A model generated the notes under the pieces. It made no database searches, was not told where the DNA came from, and saw nothing but the letters and a program-made list of their open reading frames with translations. A stretch of 40,311 nucleotides of DNA from Lachnospiraceae bacterium. GTDB taxonomy: Bacteria > Bacillota > Clostridia > Lachnospirales > Lachnospiraceae. The position numbers and the translations under genes were made by a program. The first letter of the stretch is position 1. Each line of letters opens with the position of its first letter. Shown in pieces: positions 19,026 through 26,252 of this stretch. The DNA is taken from positions 1 through 40,311 of the forward strand of contig JAFPRF010000004.1 of NCBI GenBank assembly GCA_017400965.1. The letters are read 5' to 3'.

Positions 19026-20024
19026 TTAGTTCGCCTGACCCTTACCGCATCTCGAGCAAGGCCGATACTTTTTCGCCTCGTCCCAGGTCACGGCGCGGAT
19101 CGTGCGCTTAAGCCCCGGGCAGTCCCTTCGCAGATGGTAGCACGCACCCTCCGGCGAGATCCAAACCTCCACGGGCATCGGCCCGTCATTACACATGCTG
19201 CAGGCCCGATAACGACTTCCCTTGGCATTCCTCGCCTTCGAAAGCTCCGAGGAGAGGATGCAGGTCGGTTGCAGCTTTAGGTGACTGCACTCGAGGCTTA
19301 CGTGATACACCTCCGCATTTTCAGTCAGGTAATACAACGCATTGTCACCGTCTTTTAATTCATACCCCGTCCATGCACGGCCGTAGTAATGGTTTTCCAT
19401 CCAAAACCGCCGGTAACCGCGCACCGTCCACTTCGGCTGCGCCGCATAGCTGACCACCATGGAAACAAGACCGTCTCCGTTTAGGATCGAACCTCCTAAG
19501 TAAGTCAGCCCTGCGTCAGATATGGGCGCGGACTTTAGGTATTCCTTGCCCAGCGACTCCTCCACCCTGCCCTTTACGTAGGTGTAGGAAAAGGCAAGGT
19601 TCCCTACGGCATTCCGAATCTGTGCACCATCCTCACCGGCGCCCGTCTTAGCAGTCAGCCCCTTTTGCAGGGCCGCGCCGTAAATGCAGGTCTCCCTCCC
19701 GATCTCCCAAAGCGCCGTTTGCATGCGTCCGTGGAATCGCATGAGTTCCAGCCCCCCGCCTAAATTCAGGAAAAAGAGCAAAAACAGCGGGAGGACCAGC
19801 GAAGCCTCCACCGTCATAGATGCAACGATTTTTTTGACAAAGAAAGTGCGCGGCGACGTCCTCTCCATGGTATGGGATGACTGTTTGGCAAACAGTTTTT
19901 GTTGTGTGGGAGTTGCGCCCTGAAGAGGCGCATTTGAGTTTTTTGTCTGATACAAAGAAGGTGCTTGTTTTGCTGTTCCTTTTTTCTTATTTAGTTTTGG
20001 ATGCATTTTCCACAGAGAGGACAT
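19026..20024 (-). CDS. TadE-like minor pilin with long N-terminal leader and two C-terminal Cys/His repeats
   Basis: AAGAAGGTG RBS; class III site KKIVA|SMTVEASLVLP after a leader of about 67 aa; two YH-x4-C-x2-L...Y-x2-C-x2-C repeats. Confidence 0.82.
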   Translation of the reverse strand: MSSLWKMHPKLNKKKGTAKQAPSLYQTKNSNAPLQGATPTQQKLFAKQSSHTMERTSPRTFFVKKIVASMTVEASLVLPLFLLFFLNLGGGLELMRFHGRMQTALWEIGRETCIYGAALQKGLTAKTGAGEDGAQIRNAVGNLAFSYTYVKGRVEESLGKEYLKSAPISDAGLTYLGGSILNGDGLVSMVVSYAAQPKWTVRGYRRFWMENHYYGRAWTGYELKDGDNALYYLTENAEVYHVSLECSHLKLQPTCILSSELSKARNAKGSRYRACSMCNDGPMPVEVWISPEGACYHLRRDCPGLKRTIRAVTWDEAKKYRPCSRCGKGQAN

Positions 20025-20041
20025 CGCCGCGCACCTTCTTT
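19839..20041. repeat. 32-bp imperfect inverted repeat (19839-19870 and 20010-20041) around a 139-bp spacer
   Basis: Plus 19839-19870 AAAGAAAGTGCGCGGCGACGTCCTCTCCATGG vs minus 20041-20010 AAAGAAGGTGCGCGGCGATGTCCTCTCTGTGG; 28/32 identical. Confidence 0.92.
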
Positions 20042-21517
20042 CTAATATCCCTTCTCTTCATTAAGCGTTGCCCGGTATCCACGGGGACTCGTAAAGGAGA
20101 TCAGCGCCTTTAGGTCCGTACAGCAAGCGTCGATCCGAAAGTTTTTGTTCCCCGTCGTCAGACGTATGTCCGCCTCCACCATGTCCATGGCACGACAAGT
20201 CACCGCCTCATGATCCGCGACTAACAAAAGCACTTTTAAGTATTCCTGATAGGTCAGGCCCTCCTGCTCCGTTTTTCCGGCAAACCCGTCCCACATATCC
20301 TCTAAAATATTGCTTAACGCATAATGCCAGGTATGGTCATCCTTCATCAGCGGCACTCTCCCGCGATAATACAGGAGGACGCTTAGGTCATAAACGCTCT
20401 CCGCATAGGCCCAGCCAAGTAGGATCGTCGTCGTAAAGAGTTCCTGAAGCTCTGGCACGCCAAGGAGCGCACTCAGAGCCAGGGCAACCAGGTCCGCCTC
20501 TTTATATTTCGTCTGATCTGAATACAGATAAGCTACGTTTGCCGCCTCCCGCACCGCAAGGAGCTTGAGGAGTACGGCTTCCAGATTCTTGTAGTCTGAA
20601 TCCTTCCCGGCAAGCATGTATTCAAGTTCATACTCCAGCGCGCTTCCCTTCTTTGCGCCATCGTAATAGCCAAAGTAGTTTCGCAGGTACTCCACGAAAA
20701 AGATCCATTCGCTCTCCTCCTGCACGGCATTCCCCAGTTTCACGGGAAGATTCCCCTGATTCACCTTTCCGGCTTTTTGCCTCTGGGAAAAGAGGTCTCT
20801 AGGGTAAATCTTCTTCTGGGAAACCGGATGATTTCGCGTTGCCTGCCAGACAATCCCCATCTTTTTGTGATGATCCAGCGACACGGTCGGGTTATCGAAT
20901 TTGAGGATCGCCGTCTCCTTGCCCTTCTTGATCTCCTTCCCCTGATAAGAGGCGATCTTCTCGTCCACGGCCGCCTTCTCTGCCTCCACGTCCCGGGTGT
21001 CCAGCTGGTAATCTTCCACTGTCTTCATCCAATTCACGGCGTCTTGGATCGCCGCCAGGCCCAGATCATCTCGAATGGCCTCCACTGCCTTTTTGCGAAA
21101 CACGGTACCTGCATCATCTGAGAGCAAGCGATACGTCGTTACATTGGCCTGTTCCAGTTGCATGCCTAGGAAATCGCGATACCGATAGCTACCCAAATTC
21201 CCCCAGCTGCCCTTTGGCGCGCCCCCGAGATTCATGTCCAGATACCAGGCGAGCCGCCCCTCCAGATTCTCCTTGCTCGCAGTCCCGCTCCCGTAGGAAA
21301 AGTCGACGGCCAGCAGGTTAAACCTGCGAAAGAGTTCCTGATGATACTCTGCCAAGACATTGTCCGTACAAGTATCCGCGATGCATGCTGCCTCGAGCTG
21401 CAGCGTGTTGACGCGCACGCCCTCGATCAGCGCCAGGCAAAGCGTCGTCATCACGCCGAGCATCATGGCCAGATACATGGTCAGATAGGCTGGTGCGTTT
21501 TCTCTTCCCGCGATCAT
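20042..21517 (-). CDS. Tad-associated DUF5702-like large pilin-like protein (TadG-like position)
   Basis: N-terminal A|YLTMYLAM helix; LAEYHQELF, EYLRNYF, YELEYMLAGKDSD..NL, WAYAES..D and Y.EYL..LL motifs; ATGA overlap with the flp stop. Confidence 0.75.
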   Translation of the reverse strand: MIAGRENAPAYLTMYLAMMLGVMTTLCLALIEGVRVNTLQLEAACIADTCTDNVLAEYHQELFRRFNLLAVDFSYGSGTASKENLEGRLAWYLDMNLGGAPKGSWGNLGSYRYRDFLGMQLEQANVTTYRLLSDDAGTVFRKKAVEAIRDDLGLAAIQDAVNWMKTVEDYQLDTRDVEAEKAAVDEKIASYQGKEIKKGKETAILKFDNPTVSLDHHKKMGIVWQATRNHPVSQKKIYPRDLFSQRQKAGKVNQGNLPVKLGNAVQEESEWIFFVEYLRNYFGYYDGAKKGSALEYELEYMLAGKDSDYKNLEAVLLKLLAVREAANVAYLYSDQTKYKEADLVALALSALLGVPELQELFTTTILLGWAYAESVYDLSVLLYYRGRVPLMKDDHTWHYALSNILEDMWDGFAGKTEQEGLTYQEYLKVLLLVADHEAVTCRAMDMVEADIRLTTGNKNFRIDACCTDLKALISFTSPRGYRATLNEEKGY

Positions 21518-21684
21518 ACCTTATCCGTCTGTTTCGTGATCTTGCTAAAGATGGAATTGACAATGGCCGTGATCTGATCCTTGAATATGAGCACTAAGCC
21601 CACGAGCACCACGATGATCAAAATCACCTCGACCGTCCCCATACCTTCCTCGTCCTTTAGTAACTCCTTAAAGCCTCTTAACAT
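21514..21684 (-). CDS. flp: Flp1 family type IVc major pilin (56 aa)
   Basis: Below the ORF-track cutoff; MLRGFKELLKDEEG|MGTVEVILIIVVLVGLVLIFKDQITAIVNSIFSKITKQTDKV*; AAGGAAGG RBS; G|xxxxE cleavage motif. Confidence 0.93.
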   Translation of the reverse strand: MLRGFKELLKDEEGMGTVEVILIIVVLVGLVLIFKDQITAIVNSIFSKITKQTDKV

Positions 21685-21722
21685 GTTGTTCCTTCCTTTC
21701 CGTCCCCTTGGGACCTTTGTTT

Positions 21723-23300
21723 TTATGCGCCCATCATTGAAAACGCGGGCACCATAATCATCAGCATTACGGTTGCGAGTAGCAGGACCATGGGAATGAG
21801 TAGCTTTGTCTCTGCCTCCTCACCGAGCTTTTTCCCGCTCTGGATCCGGCTCTCCGCCGAGAGCAGTGCTTCCTCCTCCAGCCTTGCAAGGAGTGTTGCG
21901 CTTCCCTTTTTCAGGTTCTGACAAAGGAGCGTGCTGAGCTTTACGTACTCCCGAGGACCTGCCCTTTTCCCGAAGTGCTCATAGGCGATCAGCTCCGACT
22001 GTCCCGCCTGCATCTCGCGGCAGGCATAGGCCGCCAGCTCGCTGGTCTCCCCAAGCTTTCCGAAGGCCGAGCGGATGGTCATGCCGGCCACGAGGTACAG
22101 CGCCAAGCGATTTACCAGATCTGGATAGCCCAGCCGCAGTAAATTCCGCCGCTTTTTCACCTGGTCCTCCAGGTCCTTGTCCATCAGGAAAAAGATGCCG
22201 ACCGACGCTCCCAGCCCTAGGAGCAGTATGGTTCCAGGGAGGTTTTCCTGCCCCGCCGAGGGACCCTTTAGCCGAAGGCAGAGCGCGAGAAAACAGCTTA
22301 AGACGGCGACTAAAAACGACAACCCCAGCTTCCCGCCGTAGTACTTTCGAAGAAGATCCTCCCGATTCTCATCCTCATACAGGATCTCCAGGTACTTCCG
22401 TAGCTTTTCTTCTCCGGGCAAGCCTCGAAGCTTTCCGCGAACAAAGGCGTAGCAGGCCTCTCCGATCCTTGCCACTCTCCCAAGGACTCCCTCCCTCGCC
22501 ATGGCCGCCAGTTTTTCCTTCTTTCCCTGCCCTTCCATCTGCTTCCAGATCCCTTCAAAGATCCTTTCGCCGAGGAACAGCGAAAGCAGGTAAAGTCCAA
22601 GACATAGCGTCATGATCCCGATGCCCGAAAGCTCGTGATACAAAGGGTCAAAGTACCCAGGGTAAGTGATCCCGACGTAGAATACAATGCCAAAGGGCAT
22701 CACGCGCATCACGTTTTGCTCCATCCTTCTTCCCGCCAGCATGGTCTGCACCTCCCCCCTCGCCTCGATCCTCTGGCTGATCAGGTTTGAGCTCGTGCGG
22801 ATCATCTCGGACAGGCTTCCGCCGCCCCGCTTCGCTATGGAAAACATCTGCGCGAACTGCAGGATCTCCTCGCACCCGCTCCGCTTGCCAAAATCGAGAA
22901 GAAGTTCCTCGAGCGGCACGTTGATCACCAGGCCTCGCCGGATCCCTTCAAGCTCTTCGTAGATCAGAGACCGCTCTCCGTAAAGGTTTCGCATGTCCTC
23001 CCTACTCTCCAAAAAGGCATTTTCCACGGCGTAGCCCGCCTGGAGCGAGGCCGAAACGGAAAGGATGCATTCCTTGAACTGCTCCGTCAACTCCTCCCGC
23101 TGCCGCTGCCCCTTCTTTCGCTTTTGGTAACGGACCCAGAAGATGCCAAGAGGTGCAAGCGGGATCGCCCAGAGAAGATTCCTGTAAAAAAACCAGGCAA
23201 AGAACAAAACGATCCCCGAAGCCTCCAGCACCACCGTGACGACTTCCCTTTTGTCAAACTCATATTGGTGATAATCCAGCCGCTTTAAGCTTGTCTTCAT
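21723..23300 (-). CDS. fused TadB-TadC (two T2SS-F domains) pilus platform protein
   Basis: TadB half: SASLQAGYAVENAF, AKRGGGSL, EQNVMRVMPF. TadC half: YPDLVNRLALYLVAGMTIRSAF, QNLKKGS, GEEAETKLLIPM. Single open frame of 525 aa. Confidence 0.88.
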   Translation of the reverse strand: MKTSLKRLDYHQYEFDKREVVTVVLEASGIVLFFAWFFYRNLLWAIPLAPLGIFWVRYQKRKKGQRQREELTEQFKECILSVSASLQAGYAVENAFLESREDMRNLYGERSLIYEELEGIRRGLVINVPLEELLLDFGKRSGCEEILQFAQMFSIAKRGGGSLSEMIRTSSNLISQRIEARGEVQTMLAGRRMEQNVMRVMPFGIVFYVGITYPGYFDPLYHELSGIGIMTLCLGLYLLSLFLGERIFEGIWKQMEGQGKKEKLAAMAREGVLGRVARIGEACYAFVRGKLRGLPGEEKLRKYLEILYEDENREDLLRKYYGGKLGLSFLVAVLSCFLALCLRLKGPSAGQENLPGTILLLGLGASVGIFFLMDKDLEDQVKKRRNLLRLGYPDLVNRLALYLVAGMTIRSAFGKLGETSELAAYACREMQAGQSELIAYEHFGKRAGPREYVKLSTLLCQNLKKGSATLLARLEEEALLSAESRIQSGKKLGEEAETKLLIPMVLLLATVMLMIMVPAFSMMGA

Positions 23301-24483
23301 GCGTCAGCTCCCCTTTTCGCACCAACCTTCCCAATACCTTCCCGTCTTCCTCCCCGCTCTCCTCGAAGGAAAAGAGGGTCCCCAGCTTTATCTCCCCGTC
23401 CTCAAACCCAAGAACCTCCGCAATCTCCAATACCTTCCTCGACTTATCCCGAAGGCGCCCCAGGTGCACGATCACGTCAATCCCGGAAGCAATCTGCTGA
23501 CGGATTGCCATTAGCGGCAGGTCCATCCCCATCAGCACCATGTTCTCAAGGCGCGATAACATGTCCCTCGCGCTGTTGGCATGGCCGGTACTCATGCTCC
23601 CGTCATGTCCCGTATTTAACGCAGTGAGCATGTCTGCCGCCTCGCCGCCTCTCACCTCGCCAACGATGATCCGATCTGGTCGCATCCGGAGGGAGGTTCG
23701 GATCAGGTCTCGGATGCTGATCTCCTGACAGCCCGAAACATTCCCGTTTCTGGTCTCCAGTCGCACCAGATTATCGATGCCTAGGAGCTGAAGCTCCGCA
23801 CTGTCTTCGATGGTGATGATCCGTTCATCCTTTTGCACGAACGCTGACAGTGCATTGAGAAACGTCGTCTTACCTGACCCCGTCGAACCGCTGACAAAAA
23901 TGGAATAATGGGCTTTGACGAGCTGTTCTAAAAACTGCGCCGCCTCCTTGCTGATCGAGCCAAAGGCAAGGAGCTGTTGCATCGTAATCGGGTTTTGCGG
24001 GAAGCGCCGGATCGTCACGATCGGCCCGTTGATCGCCACGGGGTCCATAACGACGTTTACGCGTGCGCCATCCGATAGCCTCGCATCGACGATTGGCTGT
24101 GCTTCGTTCACGACTCTATTACAGCCAGCCACTATTTGCTGTATTAAATCGCGTAATCTCTCCTTAGAATCAAAGGTCAGTTCGAGCTTCGAAAGCCTTC
24201 CGCCACGCTCCACGAAAATGTTATCGCAACCGTTGATCATGATCTCCGAAACGCTCGGGTCCTCCACGAAAAACTGCAATATGTCCAGCCTTCGCATGGA
24301 ATCAAAGAGCTCCTTTTTCATCCGAAGGCGCTGGTCCACGGTCAGACGGCAGGAGGCGGGGTGCTCCAAAAGCTCCTCATCGATCAGCTCCTCGATCTCC
24401 TCGTCGCAGTAATCTCGTCCGTAATCCATTTTTTCGCGCACGTGATCCCGCATCTCCTGCTTGATCTTTTGTATATCCACCAT
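23260..24483 (-). CDS. tadA: CpaF/TadA pilus assembly ATPase
   Basis: VSEIMING, PIVDARL.DGARVN, GSTGSGKTT, IEDSAEL, LRMRPDRIIVGEVRG, NTGHDGSMSTGHAN; AGGAGG RBS before ATG 24483. Confidence 0.95.
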   Translation of the reverse strand: MVDIQKIKQEMRDHVREKMDYGRDYCDEEIEELIDEELLEHPASCRLTVDQRLRMKKELFDSMRRLDILQFFVEDPSVSEIMINGCDNIFVERGGRLSKLELTFDSKERLRDLIQQIVAGCNRVVNEAQPIVDARLSDGARVNVVMDPVAINGPIVTIRRFPQNPITMQQLLAFGSISKEAAQFLEQLVKAHYSIFVSGSTGSGKTTFLNALSAFVQKDERIITIEDSAELQLLGIDNLVRLETRNGNVSGCQEISIRDLIRTSLRMRPDRIIVGEVRGGEAADMLTALNTGHDGSMSTGHANSARDMLSRLENMVLMGMDLPLMAIRQQIASGIDVIVHLGRLRDKSRKVLEIAEVLGFEDGEIKLGTLFSFEESGEEDGKVLGRLVRKGELTHEDKLKAAGLSPI

Positions 24484-24493
24484 CTCGCGCCTC

Positions 24494-25501
24494 CTATTGC
24501 TTTTCCAGCTCTGCAATTTGGTCCCGCACGTAACCCGCCAGCTCTCCGCGGTCGAAGTACTCTAGCTCCGCGGGGAGATGCCGAAACTTCGGGAGCTTAC
24601 AGTGCTGCGTCTTTTGCAGCACGTCGTCATAACTGTACTGCTCTAAGAGCCTTTCATATTGCGAGAGCTTCCCGCTGGCCGCGTGGTCCTCCATGGTGAT
24701 CGTATAGACCTTGCGGCAGGCCCGCAGCACGTCAAAGAGTCCCTGCATGCATTCCGACAGATCCATGATCACGTAATCGTACTCTCCCAGCTCCTGCAGT
24801 CTTTGCAGAAAGGTCATCCACTCCTTCGCCGTGATGGCGAGGAGGTTCTGGCCCGACTTCATGGGCGGTACGTAATCCAGCGGTCCGATCTGCCCCACCA
24901 TGCTCTGCAGCCGCAAAGAGAACTTCTCCTTCTCCGCATTCAGGAAGTATAAAAGGTCCGCGAGATCCCTGGTCTGCAGATCCGCGATGAGCTCCTGATG
25001 CCCTGCAAAATACTCGAAATTCAAATAGAGCGTTTTATGCTCCTGCGCAAGGAGCCTCGCCATGGTAAAGGCAAAGGGTGTCTGCATGCACCTTCTGACC
25101 GGAGAAAAGAAACCGATAAAGCTAGTTCTTCCTTCCGTGCCGAGCTTTGGCAGCACCTGCGTACAGATTTCGAGATACACGGCGATGAATTCTCGGATCA
25201 GCTGATCCGCCTGCTGATACTTATTGACGTACCGCAGCCCTTTATCGCGAACGATCCCCGATTCATTTAGTACGATCATGCGCTTTGCAGCAAAGCCCTT
25301 GAGCTCCTCAACGTAACAGGACTCCGCCACCACAAGAAGGTCCACTTCCTTTTCCACTTCGAGAAGCTTCCCCAATCCCGTGTAGGTATGGACGATCCAT
25401 GGGAGGTTCTTTTGCTTTTGCATAAACTCCGTCAGAAGCTGCGCATACTCCTCTTCCTCATCGCAAAGTGCCAAGATTGCCTGTGTTTCTACCTGATTCA
25501 T
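24494..25501 (-). CDS. TadZ/CpaE-like receiver-ParA protein with degenerate Walker A
   Basis: Receiver-like N-terminus, KYQ motif, FFSPVRRCMQTPFA at the Walker A position, LYLNFE, LADLLY, YDYVIMD; directly upstream of tadA. Confidence 0.75.
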   Translation of the reverse strand: MNQVETQAILALCDEEEEYAQLLTEFMQKQKNLPWIVHTYTGLGKLLEVEKEVDLLVVAESCYVEELKGFAAKRMIVLNESGIVRDKGLRYVNKYQQADQLIREFIAVYLEICTQVLPKLGTEGRTSFIGFFSPVRRCMQTPFAFTMARLLAQEHKTLYLNFEYFAGHQELIADLQTRDLADLLYFLNAEKEKFSLRLQSMVGQIGPLDYVPPMKSGQNLLAITAKEWMTFLQRLQELGEYDYVIMDLSECMQGLFDVLRACRKVYTITMEDHAASGKLSQYERLLEQYSYDDVLQKTQHCKLPKFRHLPAELEYFDRGELAGYVRDQIAELEKQ

Positions 25502-25504
25502 AAG

Positions 25505-26035
25505 TTAATAAAACCCTCCAAAATAGAGCAAAACGCTTAGTAAGATCGGCCCCGCCATGCAGATCCCGGCCCTGCGTTTTTCCTCCAGATCATGAAAATA
25601 CAGCGTCCACTCGCCGCTTCTTGCAACGCCCTTCACGTATGCACACAAATACGAAAAGCGCTCCTTGAGATCTGACCTTCGAAGGAACCGAAACAGGGAA
25701 AAGATTGCTGCGAAAAGCAGCGAGAAGAAGAGAAAAGAAAGAATTTTACCTTTGGGAAGGGCAGCGCCAAGCACCGCAAAGAGCTTGACGTCGCCGCCTC
25801 CCATGGTACCGATGCGAAACAGAGGATACAGGGCAAGGAGCACTGCGCCGCCGCGAAGGAAAAACGAAAGCGCATCCGCCACCGCGCCGCCCCATAGGGC
25901 ATGGGCCAGTCCCAGCGCCAAAAGGACTAAGATCAGCCAGTTTGGAATTTTCATAAACCCGTAGTCAAAAATGCATGCCACGCATAAAAGGGCGCAAAAA
26001 GACAACACAAAAAACACTTCTCCCATCATAGGCAT
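25505..26035 (-). CDS. A24 prepilin peptidase (TadV/CpaA-like)
   Basis: IFDYGFMKIPNWL and MGGGDVKL carry the two catalytic Asp; first gene of the tad locus. Confidence 0.88.
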   Translation of the reverse strand: MPMMGEVFFVLSFCALLCVACIFDYGFMKIPNWLILVLLALGLAHALWGGAVADALSFFLRGGAVLLALYPLFRIGTMGGGDVKLFAVLGAALPKGKILSFLFFSLLFAAIFSLFRFLRRSDLKERFSYLCAYVKGVARSGEWTLYFHDLEEKRRAGICMAGPILLSVLLYFGGFY

Positions 26036-26116
26036 TACTCCATTTCGCCAGGAAAAATTTGAACCGATCGGTTCTTTGAACTTCGAATGGTCAGATCAAG
26101 AATGTTTGTAAGACGG

Positions 26117-26145
26117 ATTATAAATGGCATGAAAACAAATTGCAA
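26117..26145 (-). promoter_or_regulatory. sigmaA promoter of the tad operon
   Basis: TTGCAA-17 nt-TATAAT, downstream of the glgB terminator. Confidence 0.75.
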
Positions 26146-26193
26146 TAGGTAAATCACAATTTCTCAAAGTTTGTGAATTCTCCACGTAAAGTC

Positions 26194-26226
26194 AAAAAGG
26201 CCGACGAGGCAAATGCCCCGTCGGCC
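26194..26226 (-). terminator. rho-independent terminator after glgB
   Basis: GGCCGACGGGGC-ATTT-GCCTCGTCGGCC-TTTTT on minus. Confidence 0.85.
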
Positions 26227-26252
26227 CTTGATTTTCTTGGATTTTTTACTTG

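Noticed and set aside
19839-20041. MITE or IS remnant explaining the inverted repeats
   Set aside because: No flanking target-site duplication seen, the repeat supplies the gene's own RBS and start codon, no second copy or transposase in the window, and mismatches are strand-biased to G-U.
26061-26074. LexA (SOS) box
   Set aside because: The Bacillota LexA box is GAAC-N4-GTTC; here the spacer is 6 bp.
26036-26250. c-di-GMP riboswitch upstream of the tad operon
   Set aside because: The predicted 5' UTR is only about 75 nt and I see no class I (GGCAAAC...GACGCAAAGC) or class II pattern; the strong hairpin is the glgB terminator.
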